A stretch of DNA of 64,000 nt, from assembly GCF_036321535.1 (NCBI RefSeq), contig NC_087436.1, forward strand, positions 11,966,001 to 12,030,000. The letters are read 5' to 3'. Origin of the DNA: Camelus dromedarius (taxonomy: Eukaryota). Both the position numbers and the translations under genes were made by a program. The notes beneath the pieces are model-generated. The model was not told the DNA's origin and made no database searches. It was given only the letters and a program-made list of their open reading frames with translations. Below, piece by piece: positions 1 through 13,392 of the stretch (position 1 is the stretch's first letter; each line of letters starts with the position of its first letter).

Positions 1-59
1 GAAGGTGAGCACTGGGATGTCATGGGGGGAAGACAGATGAAGTAATGAATCTGAAACTA

Positions 60-350
60 TTCAGGGAAAGAATGGAAGGCTTGGTAAACTGGACCTAGAA
101 GAAGAAGGAGAGGGCTGACCCAAAGACCATCCTGACGTCTAGAGTCTTGCTAACTGGGACAACTCTGTGTGGGTACCGCTGACAGAGAAGGCAGCTAGAG
201 AACAATCAGATGATAATGAGCATCAGTGTTGCATATGCTTGGGGAGAGCTGGTGGCAACATACGCCAGTGGAAATTTCCAACGAAAAGTTAAGCCATTTA
301 TTCAAAGAATCTGGCAACAGAAGAGAGAAAGAGCACAGTACTTAGAGGAT
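60..350 (-). mobile_element. L2 LINE fragment, highly diverged
   Basis: Purine-rich tract (gcatcagtgttgcatatgc...acatacgccagtggaaatttcc...gaatctggcaacagaagagagaaag) resembling the reverse complement of the L2 body. Confidence 0.4.
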
Positions 351-478
351 CCACAAAAATGGCATAAAAAACAGAGCTATTGGAGATGGATAAATGCAAG
401 GCAAAATCTTTTGGAAGTTAGAGAAGAATAAAATCTAGGATTCCGTGCTGTGAATGAATGGGTAGGTTATAGGATTTT

Positions 479-3400
479 TAAAAAAAAATTGGAGTATACT
501 CAGTTACAATGTAACAATTTCTGGCATACAGCACAATGCCTTAGTAATACATATACATACATATATTTGTTTTCATATTCTTTTTCTTTATAGATTATTA
601 GAAGATATTGAATATACTTCCCTGCGCTACACAGAAGAAACTTGTTCTTTATCTATTTTGTATACAGTAGTCAGTATTTGCACATCTCAAACTCCCAACT
701 TATCCCTTCCAAACTCCCCTCCCCCCAGCAACCACAAGTTTGTTTACTATGTCTATGAGTCTGTTTCTGTTTTGTAAGTAAGTTCATTAGTGTCTTCTTT
801 TTTCTTTTCATCTTACTTTAAAAATTATTTTTTTTTAGATTCCAGGTATGAGTGATATCATATGGCATTTTTGTTTCTCTTTCTGGCTTAGTTCACTTAG
901 AATGAGGATCTCCAGATCCACCCATGTCCCTGGCATTATTTTATTCTTTTTTTAATGTCTGAGTAGTATTCCATTGTATAAATATACCACAGCTTCTTTA
1001 ACCAGTCATCTGTTGATGGACGTTTAGGCTGTTTCCATGTCTTAGCTATTGTATATAGTGCTGCTATGAACACTGAGTGCATGTGTCTTTTCAAATTAGA
1101 GTTCCTTCCAGATATATGCCCAGGAGTGGAATTGCTGGATCATATGGTAAGTCTATTCTTAGTTTCTTGGGGAATGTCCATACTGTTTTCCATAATGGTT
1201 GCACCAAACTGCATTCCCACCAACAGTGTAGGAGGGTTCCATTTTCTCCACAGCCTCTCCAGCGTTTATAATTCATGGACTTTTTAATGATGGCCATTCT
1301 GACTGGTGTGAGATGACACCTCATTGTAGTTTTGATTTGCATTTCTCTGATAATTAGTGATACTGAACATTTTTTTCATATGCCTGTTGGCCATTTGTAT
1401 GTCTTCACTGGAGAATTGTTTAGTTCTTGTGCCCATTTTTGGATTGGGTTGTTTGGTTTTTGTATTATTAAGTCATTTGAGCTGTTTATACATTCTGGAA
1501 ATTGAACCTTCATCAGCTGCATCACCTGAAAATATTTTCTCCCATTCCATAGGTTGTCATTTTATTTTGCTTGTGGTTTCCTTTGCTGTGCAAAAGCTTA
1601 TAAATTTGACTAGGTCCCATTTGTTTATTTTTGCTTTATTTTCATTGCCTGAGTAGATTGCCCTAGGAGAGAACATTGTTAAGATTTATGTCCAAAAATA
1701 TTTTGCCTATATTTTCTTCTAGGAATTTTATACTGTCTTGTCTTATACTTAAGTCTTTAAGCCATTTTGAGTTTATTTTTGTGTATGTGTGAGGGACTGT
1801 CCTAATTTCATTAATTTACATGTGGTTGTCCATTTTTCCTAGCATCACTTGCTGAAGAGACTGTCTTTTATCCATTGTAAATTCTTTCCTCCTTTTTGAA
1901 GATTAATTGGCCATAAGCCTGTGGGTTTATTTCTGGGCTCTTTATTCTGTTCCATTGATCCATATGTCTGTTTTTCTGCCAATACCACACTGTTTTGATG
2001 ACTGCAACATTAGTGTCTGAAGTCTGGGAGGGTTATTCCTCCAGCTTCGTTCTTTTTCTTCAGTATTGCTTTGGCAATTCTGGGTCCTTTGTGATTCCAT
2101 ATAAATTTTAGGATTATTTATTCTAGTTCTGTGAAAATGTGCTGGGTAATTTGATAGGGATTGCATTAAATCTGTAAATTGCTTTGGGTAGTATGGCCAT
2201 TTTAACAATATTAATTCTTCCAACCCAAGAGCATGAGATATCTTTCCATTTCTTTAAGTCATCTTTAATTTCTTTAATCAATATTGTATATTTCTCCATA
2301 TTTAAGTCTTTCACATCCTTGGTCAGATTTATTACTAAGTATTTTATTGTTCTGAATATGGTTTTAATGAGATTATTTCTTTACTTTCTTTTTTGTGATT
2401 TTTCATTGTTAGTGTAAAGGAATGCAACTGACCTCTGTATGTTAATCTTGTATCTTGCTACATTGCTGAATTCATTTATCAGCTCTAGTAGTTTTTGTGT
2501 GGAGATTTTAGGGGTTTTTGTATATAGTATCATGTCATCTGCATATAGTGACAATTTTACAACTTCTCTTCCAATTTAGATCCCTTTTATTTCTTTTTCT
2601 TGTCTGATTGTTATGGCTAGGACTTCAAATACTATATTGAGTAGAAGTGGTGAGAGTGGGCATCCTTGTCTTTTTCCAGAATTTAGCAGGAAGATTTTCA
2701 ACCTTTGAATAATATGTTGGCTATGCGTTTGTCATGAAGTTGCAAGGCCCTAGGTTATGGATTGAGGTTTCAGCCATGCCTCCTCCTGGGAGCTGCACAC
2801 AAGCAATTGTGATGGCTAAGACTGAGCTCTGCCTCTTTTCTCGCAAGAATGCATCAACAATGGTGCTGAGAAAGTCCTCTGGGCTAGCAGAGATAGCAGC
2901 TATGGCCCAGCTCTGTTGTACCCCTACCCTTCATACACAAGCAGAGTTGCTTTTTTATGGGGATCCTAAGCTGTTTTCTTCTGTACGCACTCTCAGCCAT
3001 AAGCCATACGACACTCCAGCCCCCTCTATGCAGTCGGCCCCAACTCTGTCCTCGTGCTTATCACTGAGCTCCAGCAGCCAATCCTGGCCCACCCTTGCTG
3101 GCTCACGTCTACAGCTGGGGACAGTAGAGACCCTCTGTGTTGGATTCTCTCAGTTCTTTCTGCCACGTGGTTGCTGTTTTCTCCTCTGGGCCTCAGAAGC
3201 TCCCTCTCTATCTCCACTGACCTCCTGGATGGAGACGGGGCTTCCCTGGGTAAGAGCGCTTTTTCTCTTTTGCCACTCCCCAGGCAAGACAGGTCCCTCA
3301 CTGATTTCCTTTTTCCTTTTTATTCTCCTACCAATTTTTCTGAGGAGTTTTCTTCTATTTTGAAGTAAAAGATGTTCTGCCAAAGTCCAGTAGGTGTTCT

Positions 3401-3496
3401 GCATGAATGGACGGGTCTGTAGATGTAACTCTTGGTGTATTTATAAGAGAAGGTGAACTGTGTGTCCTTCTACTCTGCCATCTTGTCACTCCCCTC
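479..3496 (-). mobile_element. L1 element A: intact 5' end and ~760 bp of 5' UTR joined directly to distal ORF2 and 3' UTR (large internal deletion)
   Basis: ORF2 C-terminal peptides on - ([52 protein letters not shown]). 5' start gaggggagtgacaagatggcagagtag at 3496, homologous to the L1 5' end at 15000. Junction at ~2735. TSD taggatttt at 470 and 3497. Confidence 0.9.
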
Positions 3497-3505
3497 TAGG
3501 ATTTT

Positions 3506-5360
3506 ATTTTATTTTATTGAGTTATAGTCATTTTACAATGTTGTGTCAAATTCCAGTGTAGAGCACAATTTTTCAGTTATACATGAACATATATATATTC
3601 ATTGTCGCATTTTTTTCTCTATGAGCTACCACAAGATCTTGTATATATTTCGCTGTACAAGTATAATCTTGTTTATCTATTCTACATTTTGAAATCCCAG
3701 TCTGTCCCTTCCCACCCCCTGCCCTCTTGGCAACCACAAGTTTATATTCTATGTCTATGAGTCTGTTTCTGTTTTATATTTATGTTTTGTTTTATTTTGT
3801 TTTGTTTTGTTTTGTTTTGTTTTAGATTCCACATATGAGCGATCTCATATGGTATTTTTCTTTCTCTTTCTGGCTTACTTCACTTAGAATGACATTCTCC
3901 AGGAACAACCATGTTGCTGCAAATGGCGTTATGTTGTTGGTTTTTATGGCTGAATAGTATTCCATTGTATAAATATACCACCTCTTCTTTATCCAGCCCT
4001 CTGTCGATGGACATTTAGGCTGTTTCTATTTCTTGGCTATTGTAAATAGTGTTGCTATGAACATTGGGATGCAGGTGTCATTTTGAAGTAGGGTTCCTTC
4101 TGGATATATGCCCAGGAGTGGGATTCCCGGGTCATATGGTAAGTCTATTTCTAGTATTTTGAGGAATCTCCATACTGTTTTCCACAGTGGCTGCACCAAC
4201 CTGCATTCCCACCAGCAGTGTAGGAGGGTTCCCTTTTCTCCACAGCCTGTCCAGCATTTGTCATTTGTGGACTTTTGAATGACGGCCATTCTGACTGATG
4301 TGAGGTGATACCTCACTGTAGTTTTGATTTGCATTTCTCTGATAACTAGTGATACTGAGCATTTTTTCATGTGCTTATAGATCATTTGTATTTCTTCCTT
4401 GGAGAATTGCTTGTTTAGGTCTTTTGCCCACTTTTTGATTGGGTTGTTTGTTTTTTCTTATTAAGTCATATGAGCTGCTTATATATTCTGGAGATCAAGT
4501 CTTTGTCAGTTTCATTTGCAAAAATTTTCTCCCATTCTGTAGGTTGTCATTTTGTTTAACTTATGGTTTCCTTTGCTGTGCAGAAACTTGTCAGTTTCAT
4601 TAGGTCCCATTTGTTTATTCTTGCTTTTATTTCTATTGCTTGGGTAGACTTTCCTAGGAGAACATTTTCGAGATGTATGTCATCTAATGTTTTGCCTATA
4701 TTTTCTAATAGGAGGTTTATTGTATCTTGTCTTACGTTTAAGTCTTTGATCCATTTTGAATTTATTTTTGTGTATGGTGTAAGGGAGTGTTCTAGCTTCA
4801 TTGTTTTACATGCTGCTGTTCAGTTTTCCCAACACCATTTGCTGAAGAGACTGTCTTTATTTCATTGTATGTTCTTGCCTCCTTTGTTGAAGATTAGTTG
4901 ACCAAAAGTTTGTGGGTTCATTTCTGGGCTCTCTATTCTTTTCCATTGGTCCATATGTCTGTTTTTGTACCAATACCATGCTGTTTTGATGACTGTAGCT
5001 CTATAGTATTGTCTGAATTCTGGGAGAGTTATTCCTCCAGCCTCTTTCTTTTTCTTCAGTAATGCTTTGGCAATTCTAGGTCTTTGATGGTTTCATATAA
5101 ATTGTATTATGATTTGTTCTAGTTCTGTGAAATATGTATGGGGTAATTTGATAGGGATTGCATTAAATCTGTAGATTGCCTTTGGGCAGTATGATCACTT
5201 TAACAATATTGATTCTTCTAATCCAAGAGCATCGGATATCTTTCTATTTTTTTAAGTCTTCTTTAATTTCCTTAATCAGTGTTTTATAGTTTTCCATGTA
5301 TAAGTCTTTCACCTCCTTGGTTAGATTTACTCCTAGGTATTTTATTACTTTGGGTGCTAT
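3506..5360 (-). mobile_element. L1 element B: 5'-truncated (~1.85 kb), ORF2 C-terminus plus 3' UTR
   Basis: ORF2 peptides ([38 protein letters not shown]). TSD taggatttta at 3497-3506 and 5361-5370. Internal (TTTTG)n at ~3785-3823. Confidence 0.93.
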
Positions 5361-5669
5361 TAGGATTTTAAATAAGATTAATTTTGCTAATGCAATATGG
5401 GTTTCTTAAATGTATTCATCCTTATGAAGAATTGACACATATTAATCCAGAAGCAAAAATTCCTTTGAGTTTAATTTTAAGAACTCAAGAAGGTAGGAAT
5501 GAAGTTCATTGATAACTAGCTATATTCCCACAAATATGAATCAAAGGACATATAATTTTATAAAACCAAACCAAAACCAAAAAATGAGGTTGGTGAGAGG
5601 ACTGGAGTGATACAGAGAAGATAAAGGAGGGTGTAGGCTACGCAAGGCTCTGTGCGTTTCTGAGATCCA

Positions 5670-5890
5670 ACTTCATTTATTTCTTTACTCAACAAGTATT
5701 TGTTAATTACCTATTATGTGATGTCGCTGTGCTAGTCCTCAGGATAGTGGGAAGAAGCAGGGAAATATGGCCCTGCTGTCATGAAGCTTTAGTCTAAAGC
5801 AGAAAGAAGTTATTAGACAGTCACATACTTAACACTAAGTATGTTAGCATTGTAATGCATGCCATGAAGAAGTATAACAGAAAAAGAGGA
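5670..5890 (-). mobile_element. L2 3' end fragment
   Basis: ttcatttatttctttactcaacaagtatttg...ggccctgctgtcatgaagctttagtcta resembles the reverse-complemented L2 3' terminus. Confidence 0.65.
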
Positions 5891-6375
5891 ACCACTATGT
5901 TTAGTTTCATAACTTTTTCTACAGGATTATGAGAACCTCTTCATATCTCTGATCTCTTCAGTACATTGTCTGCTACTTTAATCTTTCTTTTAAAGGAAGA
6001 TATCAGTCCAATTAGTGTTTTAAAATTAAGGTAGTTATGTTATTTATCATTCAAACCAGTTCCCTGGTGTTAATAGTTATGCTGGGATGATGAGCATAAA
6101 ACAAAACCAGTGGATACTGTCTTTAAAGGGCAGGGCGAGAGGATTCAAAGTTTAAAAAGTGATGAGAAGGAAAATTTGTCAGACAAGTAAACAGTGTTTT
6201 TCCTGTGATGAATCAGGGGGTAAAGAAAAGAATTGTTTAGAGAAGTCCAGTGGGATGTAGTTAAGATTAATAGCATGAACCTAAACAAAGAAAAAGTTAA
6301 GCTAAGTAAATACCAAGAAAAAATTTCTAACAACCAAGACTGATTGTAAAAGAGACTCCCAGAGGAAGGTTTTTT

Positions 6376-7397
6376 GTTTGTTTGTTTGGCTCTTGTGATT
6401 TGAATTTCTAACTGTTTTTTAAAGTTTATTTTTTTATTAAGGTGCAGTTGATTTACAATATTAGTTTCAAGTGTACAGCAAAGCAATTCAGTTATACATA
6501 TACATACATACTTTTTTTTCAGATTCTTTTTCATTATAAATTATTATAAGAAATTGAATCTATTTCCTTGTGCTATACAGTAGGACCTTGTTATTTATCA
6601 ATTTTATATATAGTAGTGTGTATATGTTAATCCCAAACTCCTAATTTATCCCCTTTGGTAACCAGTTATTTCTGGCTTGTAAATAAAATTTGTACTTTTT
6701 TTTAAGATTCCAAATATGATATCATATGATATTTGTCTTCCTCTGTCTGACTTACTTTACTTAATATGATAATCTCTAGATCCATGTTGCTGCAAATGGC
6801 ATTATTTCTTTCTTTTTATGGCTGAATAGTATTCCATTGAAATTTCTTCTTTATCTAATCATCTGTTGATGGACATTTAGGTTGTTTCTATGTCTTGGCT
6901 ATTGTAAATAGTGCTGCCATGAACACTGGGGCACATGTGTCTTTTCAAATTACAGTTTTCTTCAGATATATGCCCAGGAGTGGAATTGCTGGATTATATG
7001 GTAAGTCTATTTTTAGTTTTTTGAGGAATCTCCATACTTTTCCATAATGGCTGAACCAATTTACATTCCCACTAACAGCATAGGAGGGTTCCCTTTTCTC
7101 CAAACCCTCTCCAGCATTTATTATTTGTAGACTTTTTAATTATGGCCATTCTGACTGGTGTGAGGTGATACTTCATTGTAGTTTTGATTTGCATTTCTCT
7201 AATAATTAGTGATATTGAGCACCTTTTCATGTGTCTGTTGGACATCTGGCTGTCTTCTTTGAAGAAATGTCTATTTAGGTCCTCTGTCCATTTTTTTGAT
7301 TGGGTTGCTTGTTTTTTTTTTTGCTATGAGGCTGCATAAGCTGTTCATATATTTCGGAAATTAGTCCCTTGTCAGTTGCATCATTTGCAAATATTAT
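6376..7397 (-). mobile_element. 5'-truncated L1 (~1 kb) with possible short 3' transduction
   Basis: L1 3' UTR and ORF2 end. Flanking direct repeat ctcccagaggaaggtttttt (6356-6375) / ctcccaggggaaggtatttt (7398-7417). Confidence 0.88.
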
Positions 7398-10300
7398 CTC
7401 CCAGGGGAAGGTATTTTAGGCAGTGTGAACTGAGATTTTGAAAATTAAATCTGGAGAATATGTATTTTATATTTATGTACACATTTATCATATATATAGT
7501 AAGAAATATGCCTTCACCATGAAAAGATAATTGAACTGAGAAATCTTTTCTACCTCTAATTCTTAATAGCCTTGAATGTTCCAAAATTTGTTTGTTTCTT
7601 TTTTTTTTTTTTTAAGGTAAAAAGACTATCTTAGTGATTGTGATCACTAATCTCATTTGAGATACTGAAAATACAGAGACCAATTATTAGCATGGCTCGG
7701 ACCATATCCTAGTTATAATGAATTCACTTTGTTTGGCTATGGCTAAAAGGCCCAAGAATACTTTCTTGAAAGATTAACTCACAAAAGACGTAATTGAAAT
7801 GAATGTCTTCATTGGGCACAGCGAAAAGACCATCTGAGATATCTTATCTCTAAGTGTATATTTTAAAAAGCATGGAAAACTGTTTTTCTTCTGGAATGTG
7901 AAGGAGAGCAAGGCAGAATTCTCACTTCTATGAACGTTACATTAAATCCTTTTAATTTGAAAAGAATCAAAATTCATTGGGCCTAAAATATTTGGACGCT
8001 TGTCCCAAGTTACTCTGTAAGTATAAACCTGGTTCTCCTCAGCGTTCGCAAGAGGAACTGGCAGCCAAATTAAGTGGTGCTAGTGACTAAGTGTAAGGTG
8101 TTCTCTCTACCTTGGAGAGGGGGAGATGGGGAGCAGAGGATGCTGAAGCCGGGAGCTCTGACTTAAAATGGGACACCTGATCCCTAAAAAGCCCCTGGTA
8201 TTTGTTGTCAGAGATGTCGGCTGGACTTCAGTTCAGATAATTACCTTTTGCTTGTCTAATGCCCCTAGCAGTTTCAAGTGGGCTCTTCATTTCCTGTCAG
8301 AAGTTACTCTGCATGTGCTGCTGTGCTAATTACACAGCTTCTGTGTGGTGGTCCACAGGTGGTGGTGTTTCTGTGGTCAGTGAAGTGATCTCTCGAAAGG
8401 CCCGTGCCAGCCACACTGCCCAGGCTTGAATTCTCTCCAGGGAAGTGTCTGGTCCAAGATCCTCAGGAAAGAAAATAAATCTATCCTCAAGAAAGAAAGG
8501 TGAGTTTAGAAATGTAAGAAAGCCTGGCAGGTTTTGGTGGGTCTTTGTGTTTGTTTCAGCAGGCTGAATTTCACGGTGGCTGCTCCGTGTGTGTTCCGGG
8601 GGACCAGTGTTGCCTGGGCTGTCTGAACTTACTCTTTTCACAAGAGTCTTGGATCAGTTTTAGTTTCTTGGTAGAAAATGTGAATGATAGGAAAGTCTCA
8701 GGCAATTCATTGACCTTCATTCCAAGGATGTAGGCGAACTTGGATGGCTGAATGGCCCGGGAATCCTCAGACACATTTTCCTTATTTTACACTTAGCAAA
8801 AATATTCTCAACAGAACAATTTAGTTAGATGAAAATATGGTTAAGAATCCAGATGCAAACCACCCAAAGTAAAAGTTACTGTACAAAATTCAAGATCAAT
8901 ATCTCACTCCAGAAGTTTTATTGTTCTTTTAAATTGATTCAGTTGAGAACATTTTCTGTAGGTATAATTCTATCTCAGAAAACTGTCTGTTTAAAAAAAA
9001 ATCACTTTTATGTTTTTAATCAAACATAAATACAATACATTCTTTTGAAGGGATATATTCTGATCAACACAATATATTTTACACTTATTTACATTTGTTT
9101 AACATTTAACAATATGTTAAAATGCCAACTCTTTATAAATTGAAGTTACAGAGAGGATATTGTGATTGTCAAAAAAGCAGAATATATGGAGATTTTGTAA
9201 TTTTACCTATTTCTAAAAAACATCATAAGAGAAATATATTCAGAGAAGAGGGAGAAAAACTTAGTAAATTTTAGACCTTATTTTCTTACTGGTCTACAGA
9301 GACACACTATCTTTTAATGATTTTAATGGTAATATTATAGAGTATATTTAAATAAAAAGTCTTTGATCATTGGTTATTTATTTGTGTGGTCTTTTTTTGT
9401 TGTAATGATAACAGTATTTACAATAACAGTAACTTGTAATTTCATATTGTTGGTGATTTCAAAATATCAAATGTGGTTATCATTGAAATGGTCAGTAAAG
9501 GAATCACTTTTTTTACAGGAGAAATATTGCCCTGTTTTGTTTTGCTGAGGATGAGGAAGGAGAAACAGAAGCATTTCTGGGGTTTTCTGCAATTGCATTT
9601 TTTCTTTTAAATAGAAGGGTAATTCAAGTATTCACTTACATGCTAACCTATGAAATATACTCCAATTTGAAGCTTTAGAGAAAAAAAAAATGTGCCTAGT
9701 CATTCTGTTTTGCACAATGAAGGAAAAACTCAGAAAACCTGAGCAACCTGTTCTCTTATCAACGCTCCCTCATCCTCACCACTGAGCTTCAGGTTTATGC
9801 TTTCCAGGCAGTTTCAGAAGAAAAGCTAAGGTGGAAGTGTTCAAGTTGTTGCTGAGATGGCACAGCTCTTTTGGGAAAAATTGAGATGCTACCATCTGAG
9901 AGAGGAATCCTACCAGCAGCATGCCAAGTCCCTCAAAATAAATTCTTCCTTTGACAGTTGTGATTTACCCACTGTGCCAGTGATCTAAAATAATCTTTTC
10001 ATCATAGGGTGACATCTTTTCTGTAATAATATCTTCCACACTTCTAGACTCTTATCATCCCAGTTTTATGTGTTTATCTATTTATCTCCTTTCTGTTCCA
10101 GGAAAAAAAAAACTTTCAGATATCTATTATGGGCACAGAAAATAAAACAAGATGAAATGAAACACAAATTGCACAAATGAAGAAAATGGGCTCACGGGAA
10201 AATGAGAATAGGAAAAAAATGAAGATGTCAGGAAAAACTAGGTAAATGCTTTAAGATTTTTTTTTTTCACTGCTTCAAGAGGGCTGTGAATTTGGCTGTA

Positions 10301-10489
10301 CGTTTTATAGTAGGCAATGTAAGGATAAGAATAATCATTTGCTTGGGAGAAGCTCAATTATTCTTGGTACTGAAACCCATAGTGGTTTTTCTTATGAGTA
10401 TTTGAAAAGAGAAATGGCAGTGTATTGAGTAATATCTTTGCAGCATCCTTACCTGTGATGGGGAGAGAGAAATAAAGCTATGGTTTGTC

Positions 10490-10700
10490 TAGACCCAGAA
10501 ATGGAATTCAGGCTCTCTACTTTAATGGCCAGCCATATGACCTCAGGAAACTTACTTAACTTAGTTACTAAGTCCTGCTTTTAGCCTTTGTAAAGTGTGT
10601 CCTCTTCATAGGCTGAGGTGAGAATTAAGTGAGCCGATGCACGTGAAACGCCAGCACAACACGTGGCATGCGGCAAGTGCTCAGCAAACGTGAGCTCTTC
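10490..10700 (+). mobile_element. MIR SINE
   Basis: Core tgacctcaggaaacttacttaac...gaattaagtgag...tggcatgcggcaagtgctcagcaaacg. Confidence 0.7.
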
Positions 10701-11949
10701 CTAGTCTGTGGTTACCTGGGGGATACAAAGGCACTTAATTCAGCATTAACTCAAGTAACTATGGTTACGGGTAGTTTAATGTAAGAATAAGTAATTGAAG
10801 GACTGCTATCTTGAATGTATGTTTTTAAACACACCACACCCACCCACACGAGCACTTCTGATTTTTATCTGTTTCTTGGATCCTTTCTACATAGTAATTT
10901 TAGCCCAAGCATCTGACATATGTTGAAGAAACTTTAGCATTTATTTAATTAATTCATTTATTTTTTTTGCCGACTCCCAGGTTGGTTATGAGAACAAAAC
11001 CTTGCAAAATAGCTGGCTCTGTCAAGTGCTGAGAGTGGACTTGAGGACTTCCCAAAGTCAGCAAAGATGTGAATTAGGAGATAATTCAGACCAGCTAAGT
11101 AGACAATAAATGAATCCTTTTATTGTTTTTTTTTTCCCTTTCTACAAATCATTTCCTCATTTTAAGTAAAGAAGGAAATAGAAGGCTGAGAACTTTGGCT
11201 GGAAATGGCTTTTTCAAAGCATTTCTCACAAGTGAGGAAAGGCACTGGGGGTTGCCAGCTTCTGTAGGAAGAGCTGTGTGTCCACTACCACACAGAGATG
11301 AAAGAACCACCTTTTCCTAAGTATTTTTCTGTGACTGGAGTTACAAAGAGTGATGAATTTAAAAGGTCAGGAGTTGATGCTTGTTTTTTAGTGTAGTTCT
11401 GGCTGGGAAATGGTATGTTCAGAGAAGGGGACTTACAAGTGAATTCTAAGTCTTCCACAGAAATTACTTCAATCGGGGCAAAAAGTTTAGGTGATCCATT
11501 GAATTTACTTAATCATCAGTTTGGCATAACAAAATCTTCTCATCCATTTGGTAATCTCTCAAATGGTTTTCATTTTAACTCCTGAAACACTGTAACATAA
11601 GAAACTGTCTTAATTTTCTTCCTTTTCTCAGAGCATGAAGTAGCATAAAATTATTCCATAAATGTATCTTCCCTCTACCTTGCTCAGGACAGAAGTTTTA
11701 CTGAGTATAATTCTTGTTACTTACTTTTGCATAACCCTCAGACCTTCTTTCTATAATTTCAGTAGCTTTTTGCTGTAAACCTAATATCTTTGCAGAATTC
11801 TTACCTGTGACAGGGACAGTGAAATACAATTATGATCTGCCTAGTTAGACCCAGAAGTGGAATTCAGGCTTCATAGTTTAATGGCTAGCTACGTGACCTC
11901 CTCTAGTTTGAAGGAGAGAAAGTGACATGTGAAATGACCACTCTTGGGT

Positions 11950-12050
11950 TACAAGACCTTGGTTTCTTACTCTGACTGCACCACTAGCTAATAGTATGAT
12001 ATCATTCAAATAATTTATCTTTAATTTTTTCATATTTTCTGTTCTAGACA
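11950..12050 (+). mobile_element. MIR fragment
   Basis: agaccttggtttcttactctgactgcaccactagctaatagtatg resembles the MIR 5' half. Confidence 0.45.
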
Positions 12051-12255
12051 AATTTAGCAATTGTGCTTTTTAAACATAAAAAAAATTCTTGAAGTAGAAA
12101 CATCTCTTAAAGTAAAAATTTTCCTTAGAAACTCAATATGTAAATTAGATAAAAGCTGAACTGTGTTCTTGAAATGAGGGGTCATCTGCTCTGCCAGCCA
12201 CTCCTTCCTCTTGCCGTTTGTTGAATTCCCTGAGGGACCTGCAACAAACCCCAGG

Positions 12256-13392
12256 ACGGTGCTTCTCAAAGCACAGTCAATGGGACACTGGTAGCCACTG
12301 ATGGTCTATGGGTGGTTCGTAGTTTGGGTGATTTTAGGACAAGAAAGTGAAATATTTGCTCACATGTATTTCATAAATTTGACATATAAAATAATAATGC
12401 ATAATATAACATATTAATGAATAATGTAAGTATAATATAGAAATGCTTTCATGTTCTGAATAGTCATTATGTTTTAAGGATTGTGTACGTGCTAAGGCTC
12501 TGTATTAGACTGTTTGTTTCACACCATCTGTGCATTTTTATTTTTGTGTATTGATAATCCTATTTTTGTTGTTATTGTGACCATAGAGCTGTGTATATTC
12601 TGAATTCACAAAATGGATCAATAATTCAAATATCGTTCACTGAAACATTTAACTACAATTATATAGCAGTGTAAATTATGTAATTCAAAGTAATTCTATA
12701 ATCATTAAGACTGATGAAGACTCCAGCATCATTATAACTGTTTAAGTCTTTTTCTGCTAGGACAAGTGAAATTGTAAGTCTGGTGATTTTTAAGAATATC
12801 TGAACAGCAAAAGCTGGACTAGGAAACATGTTCATGAGTATTTGAAAGTCAGACTTATTTAGCTCAGTGGGCCATTTGACCCTGGTCCCTAGTGTGTTGT
12901 CTGTTATGGGAATTTTCCAAATAGTAGGAGGGAACCATGGGAAGGTTTTATGTAATTTTCAGAATTACATAGTGAAATCTCTGACAAATGAATTGAGAAT
13001 ATTCTAGAAAGAAAAAAATACCAAAAGTAATGTATTGTCATCAAAATGAAGAATTAGGCTAAAGGTAGATTCAAATTTTTATTTCTTATATGAAAAACAT
13101 GTAAAGATATATTCTAGCTGAAAAATCTATGAAATCATACTCAGAGTTAATGACAATATCACACTTGGAAAGAAAGCATAATAAACATTTACAATATTAT
13201 TTTATTACAGGTCAGTGGAGTACTCTAAAGAAAAATAAATACTCCATGTCTGTGAAAGCAGGGATTTGCTTTAAATTGGATGCAGTAACTAACATGCAGA
13301 TTATGAATCAGTTTTGAGTGTGTTCATATATATAGCGTGTGTATGAAGGAGAAGTGTTTGACAATCTTTTTTGTTTATAATTTAAACTTCTT
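12256..13392 (+). mobile_element. hAT-Charlie DNA transposon fossil with degenerate transposase, interrupted by ERV-L (may resume ~21916-21965)
   Basis: Terminus-like cggtgcttctcaaagcacagtc. Frameshifted peptides resembling Charlie/ZBED5-type transposase (FALQLDESTD-like KLDAVTNMQIMNQF...YEGEVFDNLF at ~13260-13380). Confidence 0.6.

Noticed and set aside
2734..3404. 209-aa ORF and overlapping ORFs
   Set aside because: They lie in the GC-rich L1 5' UTR (the + ORFs antisense to it) and show no recognisable domain.
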